Shown here one piece after another: positions 12,376 through 24,021 of a DNA stretch of 64,000 nucleotides (its first letter is position 1; each line of letters starts with the position of its first letter). The position numbers were made by a program, and so were the translations under genes. Where the stretch lies: positions 124,001 to 188,000 of the forward strand of contig NW_025765173.1 of the NCBI RefSeq assembly GCF_003918875.1, read 5' to 3'. The stretch comes from Haliotis rubra (lineage: Eukaryota). The notes below the pieces were generated by a model, which was given only the letters and a program-made list of their open reading frames with translations, was not told the origin of the DNA and did not search any database.

Positions 12376-12759
12376 GCTTATTAAAACTGTTAAATCTTAA
12401 CAATCACGTTACAATCCAATTCAGCTGCTGGAACAAAGAGCATGGAATAAACGTTGACCCTCTCCTGTGAAGTCCAGTGATATGATTGATACTTGTGTAA
12501 CTGACAGTTTGACTGTAGCAAAGATTTGCGAGCGACCTACTTTTAGTGCAGTTACATATCCCAGTGTTGTAACAAGTCTCCAGCTATATGCATATGCCTA
12601 TGGCCGTGTTTAACCAATATACTGAAATATATAACATGTATCTTTTAAATGTAATTTTGACGTATTTGTATGCGGCTTGTAGGTATTAAATTGTTATTGT
12701 CGACGTATATAGATGGCCGATGCAACCTAAATTTTCTCTCACCCACCCACAACTCACAG

Positions 12760-12760
12760 A

Positions 12761-12816
<56 letters not shown>

Positions 12817-12822
12817 GCACGC
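12760..12822. repeat. (GCAC)n microsatellite
   Basis: Direct reading. Confidence 0.95.
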
Positions 12823-14084
12823 TGACATCCTGTCTCCACCTCCCCGTCTCACGTGTCTATGATCCATTTTGCCTGGATAGGTGCGGTATGTTGTAAATCA
12901 GAATAAGTGTTCCGGCTGTGTATAGCATGAGTAATGAAACTAAGTTGAGTTACACCTGATGTTCCGACCAGCGAGGCATTATGTAGCTCTGTTCTAGGGT
13001 GGCCCCGTCGTCTACGGTGCTGACATTTGGGCTGTAGTGATGCCAGAAACGTTTAACGGCGGATTTGAAGCCCAATTTACCCTGATTGAATTTCCAGGTT
13101 CGTCAGCAACAGTTACAAAAGTAAATGTCTAATACCTGTCTTCCAGCATTAAGCTGATACGACGTGGTGTAACTGAAAAGTGAAACTGTTCAAAGAAGCG
13201 CGAAACCAAACTCACTCACTCATTCAACTATTTGCCTTCGCTTTCATCCCGCAATGATTTGATGAGTATTTGAACACATTAGAACTTTCACCACTCCCAC
13301 CACTATCATTTTTTGCGACCGGCTTTCTTGGAAAAAGCCCTTCTTTCAGAATGACGCGACTGATGACACATGCTAACATCTAGGTTAGGGTAAGGGTTAT
13401 CCCAGGTCATCTGATTGGCTGAAAAGATAAGCAGGAAGAGGTGGGGTGTCCCTTCAAATCTGCATTGTTGACCTAGCAGAGACATGGGGGCCTGCATTGG
13501 TGACGTCAGCCTGAAAGTGTGGCGACGAATTTTCAAATAATAGTCACGGCACTGAAGTCGACATTGTTTACCTGTACATGTTAATCCTTCTTAATTTGAG
13601 AGATGTACTTTCAAATACGTGAAGGGCTAAGCTTTATGTGATTAAAATGTCTTTGACAAACCCACTCCTTAATATACATATTACTATGAACGCAGTTATA
13701 AACGGTTGGTGTATCCAACTTTATATCAACGAAGATGGCGTCGATTTAAATCTAGATATTTTAAACCGATGTGTATTTTATTTTTATTTTTTTTAAACGT
13801 TGATCTAATGAGATACACAAGCTACGACTCAGATCATAATGCACGCCTTTCTTCACCATAACCGATAAATCGATTATGTTTCATGTGTATCATGAATTAT
13901 TCGTGACATGAGTGACGTTAATCGAACTCGATCAATGACGTGACGAGACTTATTACTCACCACCTCACAGCCTCTCAATGAGAGTATTATCATCTCCGCT
14001 GCTTGTGTTGGTCGCTACAGGTATATGTCCAACATATTCCTGATCAGTCTTTAAATCTGACTCACTGTTAATTGTGACAATTGA

Positions 14085-14136
14085 ACAACAGCAGAAGCAA
14101 CAGCAACAACAACAACAACAGCAACAACAACAACAA
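14085..14136. repeat. (CAA/CAG)n microsatellite
   Basis: Direct reading. Confidence 0.9.
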
Positions 14137-14651
14137 AATGTAAAGTATCTAATTTAAAACAGATATTACAACATCGGTTTCATTTGCTGCTGCTGCTGCT
14201 GCTATGCAGTTAATTTGACGAGACAGTCCCACGCTTTGTCTATGGAGGCGCCACGGCCTCCACCGGGCTTAAACGACGTAAAATACGTGAGTCACGGAAA
14301 AAGGGTTATGAAATTCCTTGGTTATTAATTAGGTCCATATACAATCTCGGACGTAACCATACCAATAAATCTGCTGATGTCCTTTTACATAAATCAAATG
14401 TAATCATTTGTCATTGAATTCTCTGTCCTTTCGACACTCATGTGATTGACAAGATTCAGGAAAACCGTGGACATGTCACGCAAATATGCGAACCTCGACA
14501 TGTCACGCTTGCAAGGTCACCCAATCACCCAATTGTCCGACTCCCCATTGTTCTTGGTGTCTCCGAAAACTCATTGGTGGACTGGACTAGGCAGTGCTTC
14601 CTGGGAGGTGTCCCATGCGCTGTCTGGGCAACGTAAAGGGGAAGGGCCCTG

Positions 14652-15131
14652 GGTGTCGTTGTACAAAGCGGTCTTAGCGCCAAGGTGACCGTAACTCCCA
14701 TACCTTTAACATGGACTTAAGGTAGCCTTAGCGATAAGGTGACCGTAACTCCCATACCTTAACATGGACTTAAGGTAGCCTTAGCGATAAGGTGACCGTA
14801 ACTCCCATACCTTAACATGGACTTAAGGTAGCCTTAGCGCTAAGGTGACCGTAACTCCCATACCTTAACATGGACTTAAGGTAGCCTTAGCGCTAAGGTG
14901 ACCGTAACTCCCATACCTTAACATGGACTTAGTGCTTAAGGAGCCGCTAAGGTGACCGTAACTCCCATACCTTAACATGGACTTAAGGTAGCCTTAGCGC
15001 TAAGGTGACCGTAACTCCCATACCTTAACATAGACTTAAGGTAGCCTTAGCGCTAAGGTGACCGCACCTCCCATACCTTAACATGGACTTAAGGTAGCCT
15101 TAGCGCTAAGGTTGTTTTGTACAGCAGCACC
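14652..15131. mobile_element. Related Harbinger-like MITE with internal 53-bp array (about 8 units), intron 1 of gene A
   Basis: Imperfect TIR GGTG..G.TGTACAAA.C...CTTAGCGC, CTG TSD. Unit is CGTAACTCCCATACCTTAACATGGACTTAAGGTAGCCTTAGCGCTAAGGTGAC. Confidence 0.78.
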
Positions 15132-15234
15132 CTGATCTCAGGATGAGCCTGACCAGCCTGTGCTAGGTTCACCGTGTGCCAGGATCACCGTGTACCAGTT
15201 ATTTCGGGAGGTCAGGGTTTAATTAACGCGGAGT

Positions 15235-15700
15235 CGCTTGAACCTTTGCACATCTGATGACCCCCTGGTGATGAATGTCAAGACTATCGAAAACAAGGAA
15301 GTCCACAGCTATTGCGCCTTGGGTGTTGGACAAGATATCAATGTTGAAGTTGATATTGTTGACGGCGATGTACTGCTGGATTGTAACGCGATGCATGTAC
15401 GCCAGGTGAAGTCATTCACTAAGTTTGCCCAGAGTCGGTGATTTAAGGAGAGGCTTTCTCAACCACTCAGTCGTGTATACAAGCAGTGTGTGGAACAGAA
15501 TAGCAATCCAACCGACTCGTTTGCCTGGATGAAGTCGACTCTTCTTACAAGTGCAACAGAGGGTTTTCTTTTGCTGCCCAGAAACAGAGCTGATGATGAG
15601 CATACACATGTTCTCTCAACTCCATCATATCATGATCTGTAACATCTGTAACTTTAAATATCGCCTCAAAGAATACAAATCATGCATCGTTGTAGTTTTT
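15235..15700 (+). pseudogene. Degenerate non-LTR retrotransposon fragment (R4/Dong-like C-terminal region)
   Basis: Reading across a stop and a frameshift gives SQPLSRVY...DSFAWMKSTLLTSATEGFL.AAQKQ. This resembles the KPLHG.Y...S..WL...TEG...AAQ.Q motif preceding the CCHC knuckle in RLE-type elements. Confidence 0.55.
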
Positions 15701-16371
15701 TTAACGAAATGAATGCGTCTCTAGGTGTGTTTTGAAAATAGATGAACTGTTCTGTTCCATCAAACCGCAACTGGAGATCAATCTGTAGCCATCTTTCGTT
15801 TTGTAAGGGCCTGTTGGTGCTTGGGTGTTTTCGGTAATCGTTTTTGTGTTTAAGAAAGGCATGTATTGCACTCTGTTTGCTTGCATGTACTATTTCCCTC
15901 GCTACACCCTTTAAGTTGACATATACATGTATCCCAGTGACACAAGCAATGTCGAAGACGAGGGTTGTGACATGGGTCAGATTGCGACTAATTTTATGAC
16001 ACGACGCTGTCATCCCTGTACCGTTGTGTAGCACGTGCAGTACATGTTTGTGCTGTTCCCCCTACCGTCGTGCTCCCTCCGTTAAATACGTCAACTTGTA
16101 CACGTAACAACATGATAGTTTTTTAAACTCTTTTTCCAGTGATGGGTACACAATAACAAACAGCAGATATTGTTGGGTACAGAGTATTCATTGCATGTAT
16201 CGTATCGACATTTAATAGACTATTCCCGATTTTGAATTTTTGGCAGTTCATCATTTTGAGACAAACAGACTAGCCTACCATGTTGTATATAAATATTGCG
16301 GTCATGTTTGGTGTAGAGGTTGTGCGCTCGCTGACCACGCAGAACTTACAGGTTTGATTCCCAACGGCTCA

Positions 16372-16518
16372 GGGGCGGTGAAACCGTCCGCTCGTCACGC
16401 CGAAGGCCCGGGTTCGATTCCCCACATGAGTACAATGTGTGTACCTTTTCTGGTGTCCTACGCCGTGATATTGCTGGAATATTGCTAAAAGCGTCGTAAA
16501 ACCAACCTCACTCACTCA
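16372..16518 (+). mobile_element. SINE family 1
   Basis: Exact 12-bp TSD CCCAACGGCTCA. Confidence 0.9.
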
Positions 16519-18032
16519 CCCAACGGCTCAGCTTCTCCCTCAAATATCGGTTTCCCTTCCCCACCCACCCTCGATAATGGTAAATGTCTGTACTTTTCAA
16601 AACCTGAATATTAACGAAGAGACTTCCAGCACAACTGACAAACCAGTCGAAATGGCCTCCAAATAGCGGTGGAATTCAAGCAAGACTAGCTTTAGATTAT
16701 ACATAAAAGTTCAAGCCTCGGAGTCGATATTTGTCGCCGTGGTTTTATAGGATCACCTTGCCAGCGCTGCCAGTAAGACAACCACACAGATAATGGTTCT
16801 TTGAGGCTATTTTAATATACGGCTTTCCGTCAACATTCCAGATTCGACCTCGTTCTAAGACTAAAGCTGCCAGGCGCTGTAAAATCGTTAGGAGACATAG
16901 TACCTTATGAAGGGAGATCTGGCGAGACTGCTTTCGTAACCATATCCCGTTTCTTCATTGATTTGTAATACCTAGGCTGCAGTGTTTCATGAATGCGGTT
17001 ACTCACCACCCGTCTTTAAAATCCAGGAATATAAATCAGACTTAATTCACATACACGGAACGATTATGGCGTAGAACAAGTTTTCGAATCTAACACTCTG
17101 TTTCAAGCTGTATTGTTGCCACAGCAACAACATATTTATTTCTTTAACAATAGTATTGATCACAGATCTCCAGAAATAATTACTCGAAAAAACACCAAGT
17201 CATACTGGGCTATAGTAATTCCATCACAGTGTATTAATGGAGCCACATTACCCTTCAATCATTACTGGTACGCCTGCTTGTCATTATAATGTCAGTATGA
17301 GATATGAATCAATGCATTTAGACACATGGTACTATTATGGTCTAATCTTAGCTGTGCCTGACTGTATTGGTAATTACTCTACCGTTATGTGTGTGTGATG
17401 GTAATGCAAGACTGATATGTGATGGCACGTGTGCCTGTGTGGTAGTGAGTGCAACGTGGATAGCGTACCCTCGTTAAACTGGACATTGTTTAAACCAGTA
17501 CACATATTGTATCTCCTGCAAAATAAATACCAAACACGAATTCCTCATGACTGCCTAAAAACTAACGCTTAGTCTTATTATTGTAATAGCTTATGATTTT
17601 GATAGAAACAAATAATCCCTTTTAAATTGAAAAGGAGACTAGTGAGATGTGAGATTCAGAACCCGGGGCAAACTAGACTTGCTTCATTTACGGTTTTAGC
17701 AGAAACAGCTGGGCGGAAGGGAAAATGATGGAGTTGAGGGATTGTGAGAAGACTATGGCAGGGCCTTGCCGATTCGGGTTTCTTGTTAATCAGGAGGCCA
17801 TACGCCGGACCTGTTTTCTCCACAACCTGATTAACCAAAACATATCTGCTACTTGCATTTAGAAATGTACTCGAGGTTTAGTCAGTTTCGACCTTGTTGA
17901 TATGGACACTTTATAATCCGAACTTCGTTAATCCATGACCCTAAGTCTATGGATACTGTGGATCTGAATATCTTTACTATTGACACATCAATAGCACCTT
18001 AGTCCATGGATAATACAGCCCGAAACTTATTA

Positions 18033-18166
18033 CTGACTGAGTGAGTGAGTTATCACGGCGGGGGACACCAGAAATGGGCTTCACACAGTGTACCCATGTG
18101 AGGAATCGAACCCGGGTCTTCGGTGTGACGAGCGAACGCTTTAACCACCACGCTACCCCACCGCCC
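18033..18166 (-). mobile_element. SINE family 1, tail partly deleted
   Basis: Matches family head and body. Confidence 0.85.
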
Positions 18167-18795
18167 CTTTTAGTCCGTGAAAAATGTACTCGAACTTATT
18201 TCGCTCGAAAATAGTACTCTCCTGAAGTCGTGTTTGTGAGACTTTCTTAGTTCGGGTTTGACTAACAGTGGTCTGTAAATTCGTCACATTAGATAAAGAT
18301 TGTTCCGACAGTCATTCAGTCCGATTATTAACATGTATGTGTTTTATGATCTGTTTCTTAGATTCCTGGCACTGAGCTTCAGCTAATGAAGCAATATTCA
18401 TTCATTCCGACTATAATGACACTGAACTAAAAATAGACGTTTAATCAAATGTTCACACACGCATGCGAGAGTATCTCTGTTGTATGTGGCGACATTGACG
18501 TCACGACAGCAGTGACGACATTGTGGCTGTTGTCATAGTGATTATTATAAAATAATGGACTGCACAATGCAAAGAATAATTCGTGATGCTTGGGCTCTAG
18601 TTTGCTGATGAAATAGTATCAAATAACGTTAGACAAAAATGAAACCCAAATTATTCACTTAAATAGTAACGAAGTAAGAGTCACAAGCTCAATATGTATA
18701 TCTCATGACGTACATGTATTTTGATGAAGATATCCAATTAGAAATATCTGTTCTTTATCACGCGGGATTCTCAGTGCATCTCACTTCAATTTCAG

Positions 18796-18951
18796 AGGTG
18801 CATTCCTGGCACCAAGCTACTCGAGGTCTGACGACAATCAGTCTGATATTTGCTGTGATATCATTACTACTGCTGATACGATACAACTTCACCCAGTATG
18901 CACGGACTGCAGTGGACACGAGGTCCGTGAAGGCGCTGCCCACTCTTGCAG
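18796..18951 (+). CDS. Claudin-like gene A, exon 2 (TM2 and intracellular loop)
   Basis: Acceptor ATTTCAG|AG. Encodes EVHSWHQATRGLTTISLIFAVISLLLLIRYNFTQYARTAVDTRSVKALPTLA, including the claudin-typical W.QA.R motif before TM2. Donor G|GTAAAT. Confidence 0.88.
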
Positions 18952-21298
18952 GTAAATATACTAAACCATTTCCATGGAGATAAAGAATCTCTGCTGGGCA
19001 GGTGTTTATGAATCACAATCTAACTGTGATGACACCAGGTGTTCGAGACAAAGGTAAGCATATCCCGTCCCGTCTGTGGCACCTGTCACAAACACAACTC
19101 GCTTGTTTACCTGAAACAAATACTGCAACATAAAGGTACAAACCAAAATTCGGAATTACATCTGACAACAATTTTGTTATTGGTAGAAAAAAAAAGAAAT
19201 TTCTACCAAATATCTACCGTACAGCTTACTGAAAGTTTGCAGAGGTCATGAATGTTATATTAACATAATGGTAAACTGATTAATGGAAACAAGAGACTAA
19301 AGGAAGCTGCAGGTAGCGGTTATTGGAGAAAACATGGTACAGCGACAGAGTTATGCCAGATGACCAGACAAACCCTACCTACTGTGCTGAGGATGTTGTC
19401 ATTATCTCACCTATGGTGTTTGTTTACTTTCTTATTTGATTCCCCTTATTATGATGAAAAGCAATCAGACTGACTAATATAGTTTAAACGACGAACAACA
19501 GCTCACGGTGCCGAACGACTAGAAATGGATATGTTATATATGTAAGGGCAATCGCACCCCATTGCTTAATGTACACTGTGTCATACACAAATGTATCGTC
19601 ACAATTTCATTTCCAAGCTTACATTTCCTACGCAAGTTGCAGTCTTTTAACGTAAAATGAACGTGTATTATCCCTCTTTTATCATCGTTTCGTTGAAAGC
19701 GTTTTAACTTTTTGGTTCCAATGTTGGTATGGTTCCTGTTCTCTGGTTAACAAATCTCGTTAAGAAAAAGTTCTTTTAATCGCGGGTAAAATAGCAATCT
19801 GTCGTATCTATATGGAGAAGGGTTTTGAAATTTTCCATGAAAATTTTGTGTGATCCAGATCATCATGTGTTACACCGTGAATTTGTCAAGCTTCGATTAT
19901 TCTCCTCGAATTAGCAGTCTTCCATGTGTATACAATCAGAATTATTAAGCACACTGATAAACTTTGATGGTGTGAATGCATTGAATGCACTGAATTCGCT
20001 GATTAATATCTATGTGTTGAAGAATAAGAATGTTTAAAATCGCTCGAGGATGTCAGTAACTCAGCTAGCGTTACCAGCATCACCTTATGTACAGTGATGC
20101 GTGTGGCGTGAGGCGCTGCATTGTCATTTCCAGATGACGTGATTCGTTGTCTATGCTTCCAATCACCGGATTGTCTGGTCTGGATTCAGGTATTGACAGG
20201 CTACTAATGTGTATTGCTAATGTGACGTAACATAACACTCACCCATTAACTCTCTTTAATTGACTTGTGAGGTCGTAAACACAAGGCCTAGAAATAGACA
20301 TAGTCAGCGTTATGGGACATCCGCCTACAATGGAATAATGCAAGCGTATTTGTAACATATCGGTGTTTCTCATTTCTCGTGGCGCAAAATGTAAGCTAAA
20401 TACATACATTCCTAAGAAAAAGCTGAAATATAAGTAGATATGTAGAAATTAGGTAGTGAAATGAAACTCAAAAAATTCAAAAACCAAAGCATAGAGAAAA
20501 GAAAATTAGGAAAAATCATTCCAGCCAGGCCTCCCATGATACCCCCAAGCTCGCTGCTACCCATATTCAGTAATGTTACTGTGCCCGACCCGCGCATACA
20601 CGAGAAGATCAACATGTAACATGGTAACGTTGTTACAAGATCAGATTAGATGTTATGCATATTGTTTACACAAAATGACATTAATCATGAGAAGTATAGA
20701 CCTTCCTCGTGCCAACTGGTCACTCGATCCCTCAAACAACACCATCGCCATGTTCAAGCACTCTGTACATGTTATGATAGGACTACAATAACATTTTAGG
20801 ACATGCTGGTATGGATAATTTACACTGTTATCTAAGATCCCCAAGTGAAATTGGAATGGCATGTTTAAGCAGAGCAACGTGGTTTTTCATTGTTGTTTGC
20901 GTTCATACTGTGGCAATCAACGCTTGCACGTGCGAGGACAAGAACATTACCGCATCTAAAATTTTGTCAAATCAATGTATGCTGTAGTTGATAGAAGCTC
21001 CATGGCATAGGCAAGGACCTGTTTCGTGGAACATTAAACACAATAGATATGCTTTGTGTCCATTGTCGGAGCGCGCTGACATACCATTATATTTTTAATA
21101 GTTTATCAAGCAGCCGGACTGAGCGTTAATGTTCGAGAGAGACGAGATTTCATCATTGTTTAAACACATACATGTTTTATCTGAGGGAGGGACACAGGAT
21201 GTTGTCAAATGGAATATATTTAATAGCTGCTTGAAAGGTCGGGGAGGGAGGTGTGTGTGTGTGTGTGTGGTGGGGGGGGGGGGACCGACTAACTGAGT

Positions 21299-21384
21299 AA
21301 CACATTGTACCATTGAGGGGAATCGAACCCGGGTCTTCGGCGAGACGAGCGAACGCTTTAACCACTAAGCTACCCAACCGCTCC
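21299..21384 (-). mobile_element. SINE family 1, head only
   Basis: A/B-box head. Confidence 0.8.
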
Positions 21385-21652
21385 GTATGAATCATTACTG
21401 CCCTTATTTACAATACGGGGCCCATCTGCTAAAAGTGATCTTAATTTACATTAAGTCTCTGCAGAGTATGGCAGGTATAGTAAGTGCTAAGATAGCTTAA
21501 TGCAAGTTGGTCCAGGTCTTCTTGTTGCCACAAAAAGCAGCAAAATGATGTAAGCAATATTCACTCATTGACATCACTGCTGATTTTTCCATTGCCATTG
21601 TATGCCTGAGTGTGTCGTGTTGTAACCAGCTATACTGTGTTTTTCCCCGAAG

Positions 21653-22014
21653 GTATCACCGGGATCATCGGCTCCTCTATCTACGCAATACGGACACAGC
21701 TGCTGGTGTCTCGGAACAACGTTACTCTATCCTGGGGGTTCGCCCTGGCGGTGCTAGGGAACGCTATGATGATACTGAGTGCCTGTCTCCTGTCTTCCCG
21801 ACAGAGACGTCCACCCAACCCCCAGGCCAACAGGATGCGGACTTGGTCGACGGAGGTGAACCTGCCGTCTGGTGGCTCTGCGGGATTTGCCTACTTGGGA
21901 GGATCAGGAGGCCCGATGGTCAACCCAGCCTTTCAGGACGCTTCGTTCGTGAAACCACCCGACTTTGCTGACGCTCCTCCGAGTTATGAGGAAGCAATGA
22001 GGGGTACAGCATGA
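21653..22014 (+). CDS. Claudin-like gene A, exon 3 (TM3-TM4, tail with PPSY); spliced protein 240 aa
   Basis: Acceptor TTTTCCCCGAAG|GT. Encodes GITGIIGSSIY...LSWGFALAVLGNAMMILSACLL...DAPPSYEEAMRGTA*. SWGF is typical of the family's TM4 entry. Confidence 0.88.
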
Positions 22015-22384
22015 TATAATCGACTCGGAACCGGCGGCCAATGTATTGTGTCGTGTGAACGCTGGGGTGAAGTCCTGGAATATTTTGAAATGAAATTAAT
22101 AGTGTTCTGAACGTGTTCCTCGCCTACCATCACAAAGAGCACAGGATACGTGGACAATACTGATCGATATGTATTGATTGTAACCTTTAATTAATGAGGG
22201 ACTAGGGACTGGCAAATGTACAGACCTATCAAATTTCATTCAAATCCATCAAACCCCTCTTTGTTGCTCTGCTTATTCAATACGTAAGATGTTTATCAAT
22301 CTAACAGTTAAAGATTACCCTAAGTACACAGAGGTCAAGGTCTAGACGGAAACTAGACAATGCACTAACGGGCACAGTGCCTGA

Positions 22385-22550
22385 CTCAATGGTTGAGTAT
22401 GGTTTTACGCTGCTTTAAGTGATATTCCAGAAATATTACTGAGCGGGAAACCAGAAATGACCTTCACACGTTGTACTTATGTAGGGAATCGAACCCGGAC
22501 TTTCTGCATGACGAGCGAACGCTTTTACCACTAGGCAACCCAACCGCCCC
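22385..22550 (-). mobile_element. SINE family 1 just downstream of the gene A stop
   Basis: TSD GGCA(C/T)AGTGCCTGA. Confidence 0.88.
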
Positions 22551-23289
22551 GGCATAGTGCCTGAAGTAGTTAATACGAACTGTTTATAAATTATTACATG
22601 TTATCCTTGAGGTAAGGTGTTATCATCAATAAATGTTCAGGGTGTAAAATTCGGTCATCATCTCCTCCAAAGACTTCTGTGGAGCAAGTGTAAGCTTTGT
22701 TTTTCACATCAACTGGGGTCAGAAGAGCTTGATGCATTCCATATTCACGTGATACATTCTATATTAATGTTTATACTGTAGAGTGGTTTTGGCGTTTGCA
22801 TAACTGCATATTATAGTGTGACATTAACACATGATTGACTTTAAAAATTGCAATATAATTATTACCTGTTTGTAACATGAAACCATATGCATTATTCAGG
22901 ATTCCTGCATAATATGCCATGCTTCAGGAGTGGTCAGGGAACGGTACAACACTGACTGAGCTTCAGGAACATCAGTGTCCACTGAAGTGTCTACCTCGAC
23001 ACTGTGCTGGGTGTAAATCAGGGGAACTCATTGTCCTTAGAGAACATTACTGCTAAAGCTGCAAGTGGTCATCTGTTAATCAGTAGTTATGACCTATGTT
23101 ACTCGAATCCTTTAACTAATGGAGATCAGGCAGTTAACGGGTTATGTTGTATGCGTCATATATGTAACATATTACACCAGCCATGTGGATTTAACAGACT
23201 CACGAATGTCAAAATAATACATATACTTTTAATACTGTTTCCTGTCGACAATTTAAATATATCAACATGACAACGGCGATCATTTCTGA

Positions 23290-23865
23290 ATTACGTCCAC
23301 TAAGATGACTATGTTCATTGCGTCCAAACTAATGTATGTATTATATTACGTCAAGAGTAATGTATGTATTGTTTTACGTCAACAACAATGTGTGCATTAT
23401 ATTACGTCAAATAATGTATGCATTGTTACGTCAGCAATAATGTGTGCATTATATTACGTCAAATAATGTATGCATTATATTACGTCAAGAGTAATGTATG
23501 TATTGTTTTACGTCAACAACAATGTGTGCATTATATTACGTCAAATAATGTATGCATTGTTACGTCAGCAATAATGTGTGCATTATATTACGTCAAATAA
23601 TGTATGCATTATATTACGCCAAAAATAATGTGTGCATTTGTACGTCAACAGTAATGTAAACATTATTTTACGCCAACAATAATAGATGCATTGTTTTACG
23701 TCAACAATAATGTATGCAATATATTATGTCAAACATAATGTATGCATATTTTACGTTAACAGTAAATTTTGCATGATATTACGTCAACAACAATGTCTGT
23801 ATTTGTTCATGTCCGCATTGTGTTTATCAGTAATACTTTCTGCATTATTTTACGCCAAACATAAT
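23290..23865. repeat. Minisatellite of about 27-30-bp units, each centred on TTACGTCA
   Basis: Units such as ATTATATTACGTCAAATAATGTATGC, decaying at both ends. Confidence 0.85.
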
Positions 23866-24021
23866 AATTGTGTAGAGTTGTTGCTGCTCTAACTAACCAT
23901 AATTATGATAACCAAAAATAACATAGCGGTCGAACGCAAAGATTGGACCTTTCAATACTGTCTCTGGTATTACATATTTTGTTTATGAGAGCTTGAACCA
24001 CTTTCCAGTTTTGGTACAGAA

